Source: Alkalispirochaeta sp. (GTDB taxonomy: Bacteria; Spirochaetota; Spirochaetia; DSM-27196; Alkalispirochaetaceae). From it: 64,000 nucleotides of DNA. The stretch spans positions 4,832,001 through 4,896,000 of the forward strand of contig OZ271854.1 of the NCBI GenBank assembly GCA_965601925.1. The letters are read 5' to 3'. How positions within the stretch are numbered: the stretch's first letter is position 1; every line of letters starts with the position of its first letter. Below the pieces are notes generated by a model. It searched no databases. It was given only the letters and a program-made list of their open reading frames with translations, and was not told the DNA's origin. This document shows, piece after piece, positions 1-10,182 of the stretch. Both the position numbers and the translations under genes were made by a program.

Positions 1-499
1 CGAACGCGAAGACGTCGGGGGACGGTGAGGTCGCCGCACCGTGAACGTAACGCGGATGCATGAACAATTGCGCCGTTCCCCATAGAAGACGCGTCGGCGA
101 ATCGGCCATTAACGCCTTGGTGTACTCGACGATCTCATCAAGATTGCGATTCGCCTCGTCGAGCGTTGCGCCGTCTGGAGCGACGTCACGGTCATGAAAA
201 CAGAAGAAGGGTACTCCCAGTTTCTCAGTAATCTCAAAGAGTGCCCGCATACGCGCCTTAGCCTGTTCCATAGGGTCCTGAATCGCAAGCCACGGTCGCT
301 CATTGACACCTACACCGAACGGATCGGCGCCGGTGCCGTTCAGCGTATGCCAATAGGCGACCGAAAAACGCAAATGCTCCGCCATCGTTTTGTCGCCGAC
401 ACGCTCATCGGAGTTGTAAAACTTGAAAGCCAGGGGATTGCGCGAGTCGGGGCCTTCGTATTCGATCGTTGGAATGTCCGGAAAAAACTCGTTTCTCAT
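1..499 (-). CDS. xylA: Xylose isomerase, 5' part (continues past the window edge)
   Basis: Not in the ORF track. Manual minus-strand translation from ATG 499: MRNEFFPDIPTIEYEGPDSRNPLAFKFYN...EHLRFSVAYWHT...GADPFG...PFFCFHDRDVAP...LLWGTAQLFMHPRYVHGAATSP, typical class II xylose isomerase motifs. Confidence 0.95.
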   Translation of the reverse strand, partial: MRNEFFPDIPTIEYEGPDSRNPLAFKFYNSDERVGDKTMAEHLRFSVAYWHTLNGTGADPFGVGVNERPWLAIQDPMEQAKARMRALFEITEKLGVPFFCFHDRDVAPDGATLDEANRNLDEIVEYTKALMADSPTRLLWGTAQLFMHPRYVHGAATSPSPDVFAF

Positions 500-505
500 G
501 CGCCC

Positions 506-534
506 ATGGTAGTCCCGATCGGAGCGGGGAGCAA
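506..534 (-). promoter_or_regulatory. Sigma70-type promoter for xylA, probably leaderless
   Basis: TTGCTC-17nt-TACCAT-6nt-ATG on the minus strand, with no Shine-Dalgarno (SD) sequence. Confidence 0.6.
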
Positions 535-670
535 CGAATATCCGCCCTTCCGTGATACATAACGGGCGTTATATCGGAACATAAAGATAAAAAAGGATCA
601 TATGTACACTACATTACGCGGCCGAACGGCCGGGAGGCCGGTGTCGCGCGGGTCGCGTGGCGGGCGGATG

Positions 671-1105
671 TTACGGCGTACGCGCGGACTCCTCGTCGGT
701 GAGCTCATCGTGCAGCCAACGACGGTAAGAACGCGCCTTGAGGTTGCGAAGACGGAGCACCGCGAGGGCGATCACGGTGCCGGCCCCGGCAACGATCGCA
801 ACGGACGGTCCGAAGGGGGGAGCAAATCGCAGCGTGATCCGACCTATGACCATCACCACGATCGCCAAAGTACCGAGCCACAAGGCGACCACAAGCAGCA
901 TCGCATCGCGCTTCCGCCGCGCATCCGCGGCCTCCTCGGTGAGCTGGATCCAGCGGTACGCCGCGCGTTGATCGACACCACACTCCTCCGATATACGCGC
1001 CGAGAGCGCAACCGGCTCCGCCGCCTCGATGAGGGCCTCTACGATCGAAGGCAGCATCTTCCGGTACGCTTGGCGTTCTTCTCGCTCTTTTTGCGCGATC
1101 GACAT
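671..1105 (-). CDS. Hypothetical membrane protein (2 predicted TM helices)
   Basis: Two hydrophobic stretches (AMLLVVALWLGTLAIVVMVIG; VAIVAGAGTVIALAVL). Start moved to ATG 1105, preceded by TTGCCC-18-TATTCT-6nt. Confidence 0.65.
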   Translation of the reverse strand: MSIAQKEREERQAYRKMLPSIVEALIEAAEPVALSARISEECGVDQRAAYRWIQLTEEAADARRKRDAMLLVVALWLGTLAIVVMVIGRITLRFAPPFGPSVAIVAGAGTVIALAVLRLRNLKARSYRRWLHDELTDEESARTP

Positions 1106-1186
1106 GGTGAGAGAATAGCGACGGTGTGGGGTATGGGGCAACTCGGTGCGCCGCCGTGTTAACGGATGATCCGCCGTCCCCGCGCG

Positions 1187-3034
1187 TTACGGCCGGCGGT
1201 CTCCCGACTCTCCTCCGACAAGCGACAAGATATCGTCATTGCCTTCGGCAAAGTCCGCAGCCGTCCTACCCAGATCGTCACGGATCGTCGTGTCGGCTCC
1301 GGCGTCGAGCAATAATGTAACGACATCGACACCCCTGCCTTTCATAACCGCCACCATGAGCGCCGTCAGTCCCTCGTTGGACTGGAGGTTAACCTCCGCG
1401 CCTCGCTCCAGCAGAAGCTGTACGTGCCCTGGGGTGTCGTATCGATACACTGCGGCCATCAACGGCGTATACCCATTTTTGTCGGCGCGGTTCACATCGG
1501 CGCCGTTTTCCAAGAGGGCGAGGACCATCGCAAGATCGCGGCGACGATCAACGGCATACATCAAGGCTGTCCGCACGTCCTCGTCGTGAGAGTTAGGATC
1601 GGCTCCGGCGTCCAGAAGTGTATGCACTACGTCGAGACTTCCACCGTTGCGCGCGGCATGGATGAGTGCGGTACGCCCGGTGCCACTCCGGAGATTTGGA
1701 TCGGCGCCCGCGGCCAGAAGAGCGCGCGTAACTTCGACGTTCTCGTGGTAGCGCGCAGCGTGCATTACGGCCGCCCACTCCCCGTTATTTTGAATGTTCG
1801 GGTCGGCACCGCCGTCCAGGAGTGCCTGAATTACCTCGGGACTCCCGTCGTACCGCGCCGCGTACATTAACGCGGTCCAGCCCTCATTGGTTTGAATATC
1901 AGGCTCGGCTCCGGCGTCCAAAAGCGCGTGCGTCACTCCGAGATACTCCCGGTGGCGGACGGCGTGCATAAGGGCGGTCCATCCCTTGTCACTCTGGGCA
2001 TTAGGATCGGCATTTGCATCCAAGAGAGCCTCGACTGCTTCTACGTGCCCATCGTATCGCACCGCATACATTAACGCCGTCCATCCGTCGGCCGCTCGGG
2101 CGTTGACGTCCGCTCCGGCCGATAAAAACGAACGTACAACGTCGGCCTCCTGGCCGTTGTATACGGCGGTCATCAGAGGCGTCCAACCGTCAACGAGTGA
2201 AAGGTTGGGATCCGCCCCGCTTTCCAATAACGCATGGATCACGCCCGCATCTCGCGTCTCCTGTGCAGCTGACATAAGAGACGTCCAGCCGTCGTCCGCC
2301 GGAATGTTCGGATCGGCACCAAAGTTTAGTAGTGTGAGAATCGCCTCCGGATCTTGCGCTTCTTGCGCCGCCACCATAAGCGCCGTCCAGCCCTCGTCAT
2401 CCCGCGCATTTACGTCCGCGTCAGCCGCCAACAACAACCGCAGGATTTCCACGTTGTCGGAATAGAACGCGGCCAGCATCAACGGCGTCCAGCCGTCGTC
2501 CGCCGGAATGTTCGGATCGGCGCCGGCGTCGAGAAGCAACTCCGCAACCTTAGGACTTCGGTTCTCACTGATCGCCTCTGTCAACGCGGTCCATCCATCG
2601 TTGCTCCGAGTGTTCGGATCAGTTCCGGCGTCGAGAAGCATTTTGATCACCTTCACCCCTCGGTCGAAATGCACGGCCCTCATGAGGGCCGTCCAACCGT
2701 CGTCCGTCCGAACGTTCGGATCGGCACCGGCGTCGAGAAGCAAGCGCACTATCTCCACGGGGCTACCGTGGTGCACGGCGTACATCAAAGCGGTCCACCC
2801 CTCGCTACTCTGAGCCTCCAGATCGGCGCCGTCCCGCAAAAGGGATCGAACCTGCTCCAGATCCCCCGCGTTGCGAACGGCACGAATCAACGATGTCCGC
2901 CCACCGTCGGTTACGAGCTCGTTTTTCGAAGCGGAGCGTGCCGACTGCGTATCGATTGAGGCGCACCCCGTTAGAGCCGTGAGGCCGCTCATTATGATGA
3001 TGAATTTGATGTGGACCAAAGGATGGCTACTCAC
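1187..3034 (-). CDS. Ankyrin-repeat protein (~16-17 repeats), probable lipoprotein
   Basis: Repeated GWTAL/PLMxA...LLDAGADPN units of 34 aa. Hydrophobic N-terminus ends in the lipobox-like LTGC. GGAGG RBS before the GTG start. Confidence 0.92.
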   Translation of the reverse strand: MSSHPLVHIKFIIIMSGLTALTGCASIDTQSARSASKNELVTDGGRTSLIRAVRNAGDLEQVRSLLRDGADLEAQSSEGWTALMYAVHHGSPVEIVRLLLDAGADPNVRTDDGWTALMRAVHFDRGVKVIKMLLDAGTDPNTRSNDGWTALTEAISENRSPKVAELLLDAGADPNIPADDGWTPLMLAAFYSDNVEILRLLLAADADVNARDDEGWTALMVAAQEAQDPEAILTLLNFGADPNIPADDGWTSLMSAAQETRDAGVIHALLESGADPNLSLVDGWTPLMTAVYNGQEADVVRSFLSAGADVNARAADGWTALMYAVRYDGHVEAVEALLDANADPNAQSDKGWTALMHAVRHREYLGVTHALLDAGAEPDIQTNEGWTALMYAARYDGSPEVIQALLDGGADPNIQNNGEWAAVMHAARYHENVEVTRALLAAGADPNLRSGTGRTALIHAARNGGSLDVVHTLLDAGADPNSHDEDVRTALMYAVDRRRDLAMVLALLENGADVNRADKNGYTPLMAAVYRYDTPGHVQLLLERGAEVNLQSNEGLTALMVAVMKGRGVDVVTLLLDAGADTTIRDDLGRTAADFAEGNDDILSLVGGESGDRRP

Positions 3035-3193
3035 GGGAGATCCCTCCGTACAAAGGACGCCTTGGATTGTATATAGTCCTTTTTATGTCGTGTGTTTGTC
3101 CATAGTAGACTCACAAACACTCTACGACAAGCTCGATTCCCACGTGTTACAACCCTTGAATGCTACGGCGTATTCGGTATATGAGTGTCAGCT

Positions 3194-4492
3194 ATGCCGA
3201 TAGAACCGCGTGTACTCAAGGGCTTTCGCGACTTTCTGCCCGCCACGGAGATGCGACGCAAGTCGCTCATCCGTACTTTGGAAGACACCTTCTCATCATT
3301 CGGGTTCGTACCCATCGACACCCCCGTATTGGAGTACAGCAATGTGCTCCTCGGCAAGGGAGGCGGCGAAACGGATAAGCAAGTATACCGCTTCATCGAT
3401 CACGGCAAGCGGGACGTGGCGATGCGTTTCGATTTGACCGTGCCCTTTGCACGTTACATGGCGATGCACCGTTCCGAGCTCTACCTCCCCTTCAAGCGCT
3501 ATCACGTCAACAAAGTCTTTCGTGGAGAGAATACTCAGCGCGGCCGCTACCGCGAGTTCATGCAATGCGACTTCGATATCGTAGGCACCGAGTCGGTCTC
3601 CGCCGATCTCGAGATTCTCTTGATGATGTACGCCGCGTTTCAAGCGTTGGAGGTCCCGGGTGTGCGTATACACCTCTCCCACCGCGGAGCGTTTAACCAT
3701 TTGCTGCGAATGTGCGGCGCCGAGAACCGTAGCGAGACGGTATTGCGCGCGGTGGACAAGCTACGCAAAGTGGGACGCGACAAAACCCGCGAGACGCTCA
3801 TCGAACTCGTGGGCGAAGAGCATACCGTGCGCATCCTCGCATTCATCGAATCGCGCGGCACCATGGGCGAGGTACTCGATGAAATGGAGTCGATCCTCGG
3901 CGGGCCGACGGACGACACACGGCGACTCAGAACGCTCGCCTCGGCCGTCACGGAGTTGGGGCTCGAAGAGAGTATCGTACTCGACCCTTCGATCACCCGC
4001 GGTCTCGATTATTACACCGGCGTCGTGTTCGAGACCTTTCTCGTGGGTGTGGAGGCGATCGGTTCGGTCTGCTCGGGAGGGCGCTACGACGACTTGGTCT
4101 CTTTGTACAGTAAGGAGGCGATGTCGGGCGTCGGCGCCTCGATAGGTCTCGACCGTCTCGTCGCGGCCCTGGAGGAACTCGCGATCGCCGACGGTGAGGC
4201 GAGTGCGGCCGAGGTGCTCATTACCCTGCAGGATACGGCGCTCCTCGTCCACTATCACGATATTGCGCGACAACTGCGCGCGGAGGGTATCCGTTCCGAG
4301 GTCTTTCCCGACGCAAGAAAGCTGGGACAGCAGTTCGCCTTCGCCGAGAGGAAGGGTATCGCCCTGGCGCTCATCTGCGGTGAGGAGGAACACCGCACCG
4401 GCACGGTGAACCTTCGTATCCTCGCTCAACGAGAAACGCTGGACCGGATACGTCTCGATAGCCTCTTGGAGGAGATAAAACGGCTCCTATAA
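3194..4492 (+). CDS. hisS: Histidine--tRNA ligase
   Basis: KGFRDFLP, RFDLTVP, GRYREFMQCDFDI, RGLDYYTG and GGRYD motifs, plus an anticodon-binding C-terminal domain. Confidence 0.97.
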   Translation: MPIEPRVLKGFRDFLPATEMRRKSLIRTLEDTFSSFGFVPIDTPVLEYSNVLLGKGGGETDKQVYRFIDHGKRDVAMRFDLTVPFARYMAMHRSELYLPFKRYHVNKVFRGENTQRGRYREFMQCDFDIVGTESVSADLEILLMMYAAFQALEVPGVRIHLSHRGAFNHLLRMCGAENRSETVLRAVDKLRKVGRDKTRETLIELVGEEHTVRILAFIESRGTMGEVLDEMESILGGPTDDTRRLRTLASAVTELGLEESIVLDPSITRGLDYYTGVVFETFLVGVEAIGSVCSGGRYDDLVSLYSKEAMSGVGASIGLDRLVAALEELAIADGEASAAEVLITLQDTALLVHYHDIARQLRAEGIRSEVFPDARKLGQQFAFAERKGIALALICGEEEHRTGTVNLRILAQRETLDRIRLDSLLEEIKRLL

Positions 4493-4545
4493 CGCCCCGC
4501 TCGCCGGGCGGTGACAGACGACGGCCACTCGCCTACAATGGATCC

Positions 4546-7128
4546 ATGGATCCTCGTCAACTTCCGGTTTATCAGCAGAAGAGTAAGATCCTTTCCGCGC
4601 TGGAGTCGCACCGCGTGGTCGTGGTGGAGAGTCCGACCGGAAGCGGCAAGACGACGCAGCTTCCCATCATACTCCACGAGGCGGGATACTCGCAGTCGCG
4701 CGTGATCGGAGTCACCCAGCCGCGCCGAATCGCCGCGGTATCGGTCAGCTCCTTCATCGCCGGTCAACTCGACGCGGCCGCCTCGGACCTCGTGGGTTAC
4801 AAAATGCGCTTCGACGACCATACGACCGGCGAGACGCGTATCAAGATAATGACCGATGGAATACTGCTCCAGGAGATAAAGAACGATCAATATTTAAGAG
4901 ACTACAGCGTCGTCATGGTCGACGAGGCGCACGAGCGCAGCCTTAACATCGACTTCGTGTTGGGTCTGCTCAAGCGCGCGATGGAGCTTCGTCCCGATCT
5001 CCGCGTCATCGTCTCGTCGGCAACGATCAATGCCGACGTCTTCAGTCAATACTTCGACTCGTGTCCGGTGATCCGTATCGAGACGCAAATGTACCCGGTG
5101 CAGATCGTCTATGACGATCCGACGACGCGCGTTCTCCAAGAAACCGACGCGGCACTATCAGCCGGCGAGCGCGGGTACAGCGCGCGACGTGTAAAGGAGA
5201 TGACCTACGACGCACTGATAGATCGTGTCGCGGCCATCGTGATGCGCGTCATCGAGGAGGGACATCCCGGAGATATGCTCGTCTTTCTCTCCGGCGAGCA
5301 GATGATCAAGGACTGCATTACACGCCTCTACTCGCTGCCGATCCGAGGCAAGCTCTATATTCTGCCGCTGTACGGACGTTTGAGCAAAGAGGAGCAGGAC
5401 GCGGTATTTCCCCCGCCTCCTTCGGAGAAAATTAAGATCGTGGTCGCGACCAACATCGCCGAGACGAGTATCACGATCGATGGGATTACGACCGTCATCG
5501 ACTCGGGGCTCTCAAAGACCAACTTCTACAATCCCAAAACGTACACCTCATCGCTTATCGAGGGTCCCATATCCAAGGCAAGCGCCAACCAACGTCGTGG
5601 ACGCGCGGGGCGCACGCGCCCGGGACGGTGCTACCGCCTGTACGGTAGACAAGACTTCGAGAATCGGCCGCTGTTCCAGGAGGACGAGATCTACCGGACC
5701 GACCTATCGGAGGTTGTGCTGAGAATGGCGGAGCTGGGCATTCGCGATTTCGAGGAGTTCGACTTCATATCCAGTCCGGGACGGGGAAACATCTTGGCGG
5801 CGATCGAGACGTTGCGCCTCTTGGACGCGATTGACGAACACCGCGACCTCACCGAGATCGGCAGAATGATGGCAACCTTTCCGCTGCTTCCCAGACATTC
5901 GCGGATTATCGTGGAGGCGGTGTATAACCACCCGGAAGTCACCGACGAGATCCTCATCGCGGTCTCTTTTTTAACGTCCGCGACTCCCTTTACGCTGCCC
6001 CCCGGCGAGGAGATGGAAGCGCGCCAGGCGCACCACCGCTACCGTGACGAGCTGGGCGATTTCGTCAGTTATCTCAGGCTCTTCGAGGCCTACATGAGCG
6101 CCCCCGACAAGGAGAAGTTCTGCACTACTCGATACCTTGATGCGCGAACCATGGCGGAGATTGCCAACGTAAAGACGCAGCTTTCGGAGATCCTTTCGGA
6201 GATGGGCTTCCCGATCCTCTCCGGCGGCGCGCGCGCCGATTATCTGGCCACGATCGCCCGGGGTTTGATTCAGTTCGTATGCGCCCATGTCGGGAAAGGG
6301 GTGTACCAGAGTCTCACCGCCGAGCGGATCCAAATTCATCCGGGCTCGGGAATGTTTCGCGAGACGCCGCAGTTCATCGTCGCAGGGGAGATCGTCAAAA
6401 CGAGCCGCACCTACGCTCGGAGCGTCTCACCGTTGCGCAAAGAGTGGCTGCAATCGATATCCGAGGGGCTCTACGAGGGGCTGCGGGAGAGCCATGGGGG
6501 ACGCCGCGGACGTGCGGCCGACTCGCGCGATTCGATCGCCGAAACTGCTCCGGGCAGACGCGATACGACGTGGCAAATCATGATCGGCGGGCGCTCCTTT
6601 CCGATGCTTCCGTACAAGGGTAAAAAGAAAATTGCCGTCCTACCGTGGCGCGAGCTGGCGCCCCTCTTTCGTGACTCCCAACGCCCGACCGTATCGGGTA
6701 ACGCAGCCAAGGTGCGGACGCGCGTCGAGTTGGACGACTACGTGCTGATAAACGGTGAGCGCCTCTCTACGGTGCTGAAAATCGCCTCGCACTTACCGCG
6801 TGACACCTCGATACTGCACGACCGGCCGCGGAAGAAGAGCTTTCTCGTCGGTGAGGAATCCCGAGAGCTCGTGGATCTCCTCGATCTTATCTTACGGCCC
6901 ACACCACTGAAAAAAAGTGCCAAACAGCTCGGATTCCTCGCCCTCTACGCCTCGGCCGAGGGTCGATACTGGTTTAAGCCGAATCGCGGTTTCTTCAACG
7001 CCGTACACGAGAGCATGGCGAGCATCGAACAGCTGATCGATGAGCTGGGCCGGGCCGCCGACGGCGAGTACGCCGATGAGGTAGGGGCCACCTACCGGCG
7101 CCTCGCCGACATCATAGAGGGCGACTGA
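4546..7128 (+). CDS. hrpA: DEAH-box ATP-dependent RNA helicase HrpA
   Basis: PTGSGKTTQ, TQPRRIAA, DEAHER, SAT, ATNIAETSITI and QRRGRAGR motifs. Confidence 0.93.
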   Translation: MDPRQLPVYQQKSKILSALESHRVVVVESPTGSGKTTQLPIILHEAGYSQSRVIGVTQPRRIAAVSVSSFIAGQLDAAASDLVGYKMRFDDHTTGETRIKIMTDGILLQEIKNDQYLRDYSVVMVDEAHERSLNIDFVLGLLKRAMELRPDLRVIVSSATINADVFSQYFDSCPVIRIETQMYPVQIVYDDPTTRVLQETDAALSAGERGYSARRVKEMTYDALIDRVAAIVMRVIEEGHPGDMLVFLSGEQMIKDCITRLYSLPIRGKLYILPLYGRLSKEEQDAVFPPPPSEKIKIVVATNIAETSITIDGITTVIDSGLSKTNFYNPKTYTSSLIEGPISKASANQRRGRAGRTRPGRCYRLYGRQDFENRPLFQEDEIYRTDLSEVVLRMAELGIRDFEEFDFISSPGRGNILAAIETLRLLDAIDEHRDLTEIGRMMATFPLLPRHSRIIVEAVYNHPEVTDEILIAVSFLTSATPFTLPPGEEMEARQAHHRYRDELGDFVSYLRLFEAYMSAPDKEKFCTTRYLDARTMAEIANVKTQLSEILSEMGFPILSGGARADYLATIARGLIQFVCAHVGKGVYQSLTAERIQIHPGSGMFRETPQFIVAGEIVKTSRTYARSVSPLRKEWLQSISEGLYEGLRESHGGRRGRAADSRDSIAETAPGRRDTTWQIMIGGRSFPMLPYKGKKKIAVLPWRELAPLFRDSQRPTVSGNAAKVRTRVELDDYVLINGERLSTVLKIASHLPRDTSILHDRPRKKSFLVGEESRELVDLLDLILRPTPLKKSAKQLGFLALYASAEGRYWFKPNRGFFNAVHESMASIEQLIDELGRAADGEYADEVGATYRRLADIIEGD

Positions 7129-7172
7129 GAGACGCCGGGGATAGCCGTCGCCCGCGCCGCTTTGTCGCTATC

Positions 7173-8195
7173 TCACTCAAAGATCGTGAGACGATAACTC
7201 CCCTCACCGCCGAAGAACGACGTCACATAGATCGAGTAGGACTCCGTGCGGGGGAGCGTGACATCGATCAGACTGTTGCCGTTGCCCCCGTCGTCGTCGT
7301 TGCGGGAAAGATTGGTGCCGTCGGCATTGTTTAGATAGAGCACTGCATCGAAATCGTCCGACTCCAAGAGAATGCTGACCGATCGGCCGGCATTACCGGC
7401 AAGCTCGTATACGTCGTAGAGCGTCCCATCGTACCCGCGGTCGTCGGAGCGGCCGTCGAGTGTACCGTCGTAGCGCCGACTCACCGTTTGTGACGATTCG
7501 ATGATACGCAACTGGTACGCCCCGGCGCCGCCGCCCAAACTCGAAGCGGTAATGGTGAGAGTGCCCGCGCCCTCGAACGTATACGCCAGGCGGCTATTAA
7601 GCCCTTCGGCGCCTCCGTCGTCGTTACTGAACGTGCGGCCCGAATCGTCGATCGCCTGGAGATACGCGTCGAAGTCGTCGGAATCGAGTTCGATTACGAC
7701 GCGTTGTCCCGCCCGTCCGGAGAGCGCAAATAGGTCGGCGGATCTACCGGTCTTGTCCCCCAAGCGTCCGTTGACCACCGCGCCCACCGAGATCGGCTCG
7801 GGATCGCCGGCAGTGACGACGATCAACTCGTAGCCGCCCCCGGAACCGCTAAAGAGCGGCGACACCGTGAGCCGCATCGTGCCGGTTCGCGATATCCTCG
7901 TCATAAAACCGGCATTGAATCCCTCGTAATCGTCGTTACTGATCACCTCGCCGCCGGGAAGCACGGCATCGATGTAGGTGTCGACCTCGTCGCTGCGGGC
8001 TATGACCTCGATCGTGCGCCCGGCCTCGACACGGATCTCGTAGACGTCCTGGAAGGTCCCATGGGGGCCGACGATATCACCCGGTCCGAGGCTGTCCGAG
8101 GCGGAAAAGAGCACCTCTTGGGCCGCGAGACCGGCGGGCACAAAGAGCGCGCCGACCGCCACCATTACACCACACCCCAATCGTTTTACCATCAT
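7173..8195 (-). CDS. Secreted protein with three PPC-like (pre-peptidase C-terminal) domains
   Basis: Signal peptide ending in LAAQ. Three repeats of D.Y...G...I.L.SDDFD.YL...G...NDD...G.Y.L.I. Start placed after the AAGGAAG RBS. Confidence 0.75.
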   Translation of the reverse strand: MMVKRLGCGVMVAVGALFVPAGLAAQEVLFSASDSLGPGDIVGPHGTFQDVYEIRVEAGRTIEVIARSDEVDTYIDAVLPGGEVISNDDYEGFNAGFMTRISRTGTMRLTVSPLFSGSGGGYELIVVTAGDPEPISVGAVVNGRLGDKTGRSADLFALSGRAGQRVVIELDSDDFDAYLQAIDDSGRTFSNDDGGAEGLNSRLAYTFEGAGTLTITASSLGGGAGAYQLRIIESSQTVSRRYDGTLDGRSDDRGYDGTLYDVYELAGNAGRSVSILLESDDFDAVLYLNNADGTNLSRNDDDGGNGNSLIDVTLPRTESYSIYVTSFFGGEGSYRLTIFE

Positions 8196-8294
8196 CACAC
8201 TTCCTTTTTTCATTCGGCCACCGCGCTGGGAGGTCGCAACCGTGTATCCGGTCCGAGATTGATCGCGGAGCCAAGGCGCTCCGCGACGTCCGTA

Positions 8295-9365
8295 TCACCC
8301 GGCAAGTACGCCGCGTACGACGTGATCCGGCAGTACTTCCAATACCGTGTCCTGGGCTCCCGCCTGAAGGACGAATCGCAACCCGTCGCGATACCGCTTC
8401 TTGTCGCGCTGCATCGCGTCGAAGAGCGCGTCGGGTTCGGCACCTTGTACGCTGGCGCCCGTCTCGTAGCCGTAGGCCGAAAGGAGCATCACCACGCGTT
8501 GGACCCACGCGCCGTCGGTGATTCCAGCGGCCGCCCCGGCGTGCATCGCCCGCGCAATGCCCCACGCGACTGCCTCGCCGTGGGCGATCGCGTCGAACCC
8601 GAGCACACTTTCGGCGGCGTGACCGAACGTGTGGCCGAGATTCAGTACGGCGCGCCGTCCGCGTTCGGTTAAATCATCGGTGACGACGCGCGCCTTGACG
8701 CGCACGGAGCGGACGATCACCTCCCTGAGGAGCGCCGGGTCGCGACGCAAGATCTGTTCGCGACGATCCTCGAGGATCGATAGGAGCTCGGCGTCGTCCA
8801 GAAGTGCGGCTTTAATCACCTCGGCGAGGCCGTTGCGATACTCCCGCTCGCTCAACGTGGCCAGCAACGCCGGCACGAGTCGTACCTCGGCGGCCGGCGC
8901 AAAGGTTCCCACGATGTTCTTATACCCGCCGAAATCGATTCCCGTTTTACCGCCGATTGCCGCATCGACCATCGATAGAAGCGAGGTCGGAATCAAGACG
9001 AAATCGATGCCTCGCAGATATATACTTGCCGCGCACGCTCCCAGATCGGTCACGGCACCGCCGCCGAAAGCGGCCACAACGCTGTCGCGCGCGAGGCGCG
9101 CGTGTAGAAAACAGTGCAACGTCTCGCCGAGTACGTCGAAGTCTTTACAACGCTCGCCGGGGGGAAGTACGACACGAGGAATATCAATGTCTGAAGGAAG
9201 AATCTTTGCAGTGTTGTGGTCGCACACCAACGCGGCGATGCGTCGCGGCGGCTCGCCGTCACGCTCCAACGGCGCGCCGATATACGATGTGTCGCCGGCA
9301 AGGACGATACGCGAGTCGTTACCGCGGAACGGAATCCGCGCGACCTCGATGATGTCGTTGCGCAT
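8295..9365 (-). CDS. aroB: 3-dehydroquinate synthase
   Basis: GGGAVTD, PTSLLSMVDAAIGGKTG, LNLGHTFGHAAE and HGEAVAWG motifs. Confidence 0.95.
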   Translation of the reverse strand: MRNDIIEVARIPFRGNDSRIVLAGDTSYIGAPLERDGEPPRRIAALVCDHNTAKILPSDIDIPRVVLPPGERCKDFDVLGETLHCFLHARLARDSVVAAFGGGAVTDLGACAASIYLRGIDFVLIPTSLLSMVDAAIGGKTGIDFGGYKNIVGTFAPAAEVRLVPALLATLSEREYRNGLAEVIKAALLDDAELLSILEDRREQILRRDPALLREVIVRSVRVKARVVTDDLTERGRRAVLNLGHTFGHAAESVLGFDAIAHGEAVAWGIARAMHAGAAAGITDGAWVQRVVMLLSAYGYETGASVQGAEPDALFDAMQRDKKRYRDGLRFVLQAGAQDTVLEVLPDHVVRGVLAG

Positions 9366-9382
9366 ACACAGACTGTATCACA

Positions 9383-9733
9383 CTACGAGCGACTGAGCAC
9401 CTCGTCGGGGATCGCCATCGGTGCTTCGACGAGTGAACCCACGATCTGTCGTATAAACGGATCGACAATCGAATAGACCCGACGATTTCCACGCACCTCG
9501 CTGGAGACGATACCTTTTTGTTTGAGCACCGCCAAATGTTGCGAAATCACCGGTTGCGGCTGATCGAGACAGCTCCAGAGATCGGAAACGCACGGCTCTT
9601 CCTGCTTGGCGATACGACACAACAGCCGTAGGCGCATCGGATGCCCACAAACCTTGAGCTTCGCGGCGCACAAATCGACATACGCTTCGGAGCAACAATT
9701 CGCATTGTCCGTATCGTATCCGGGAATCTCCAT
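9383..9733 (-). CDS. ArsR/SmtB family transcriptional regulator
   Basis: LKVCGHPMRLRLL...QPVISQHLAVLKQKGIV...RGNRRVYSI winged HTH, Cys-rich. Confidence 0.9.
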   Translation of the reverse strand: MEIPGYDTDNANCCSEAYVDLCAAKLKVCGHPMRLRLLCRIAKQEEPCVSDLWSCLDQPQPVISQHLAVLKQKGIVSSEVRGNRRVYSIVDPFIRQIVGSLVEAPMAIPDEVLSRS

Positions 9734-9789
9734 TGGTCTATACTACCCTCGTTGGGTCAAAAAATCAATATATAGCAGAAATAAAATCG

Positions 9790-10125
9790 CTACGCCGTCT
9801 TCTTCGTTCCCGTCGCACCCGATTCTTTGCTCGAGCCGCTTTTCCCGTGCTCGGTCGTCTTTGTGTCTTTTCCGCCGTCGTCGGAACCACTTTTCTCGCT
9901 CGACCTCGTGCTGCTCGTACTCTTCGACCCCGACGGTCCCGAAGACTTGCTGTCGTTGACGTAAAAGCCGCTTCCTTTGAATATGATGCCCGTTCCGCCG
10001 GAAATGAGCCGTCGGAGGGCGGGGGTGTCGCACTCCGGGCATACCGACAACGGCTCATCGTGAAAGGACTGAAACGCCTCAAACAGATGATTGCAGTTAT
10101 CGCATTGGTAATCGTACGTCGGCAT
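9790..10125 (-). CDS. FmdB-family zinc-ribbon protein
   Basis: MPTYDYQCDNC...CPEC...GIIFKGSGFYVND followed by an S/K/G-rich tail. Confidence 0.9.
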   Translation of the reverse strand: MPTYDYQCDNCNHLFEAFQSFHDEPLSVCPECDTPALRRLISGGTGIIFKGSGFYVNDSKSSGPSGSKSTSSTRSSEKSGSDDGGKDTKTTEHGKSGSSKESGATGTKKTA

Positions 10126-10182
10126 GATTACGCTCCTTCTCGTGATAGGGAAAAATATACGAATCCGTGTGATAGGGGCAAG

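Noticed and set aside
194..562. 122-aa plus-strand ORF
   Set aside because: It is the antisense shadow of xylA on the minus strand.
10142..10177. GTGATAGGG direct repeat resembling tetO half-sites
   Set aside because: The 9-bp repeats are in direct orientation 27 bp apart, not the tetO palindrome, and no tetR gene is nearby.
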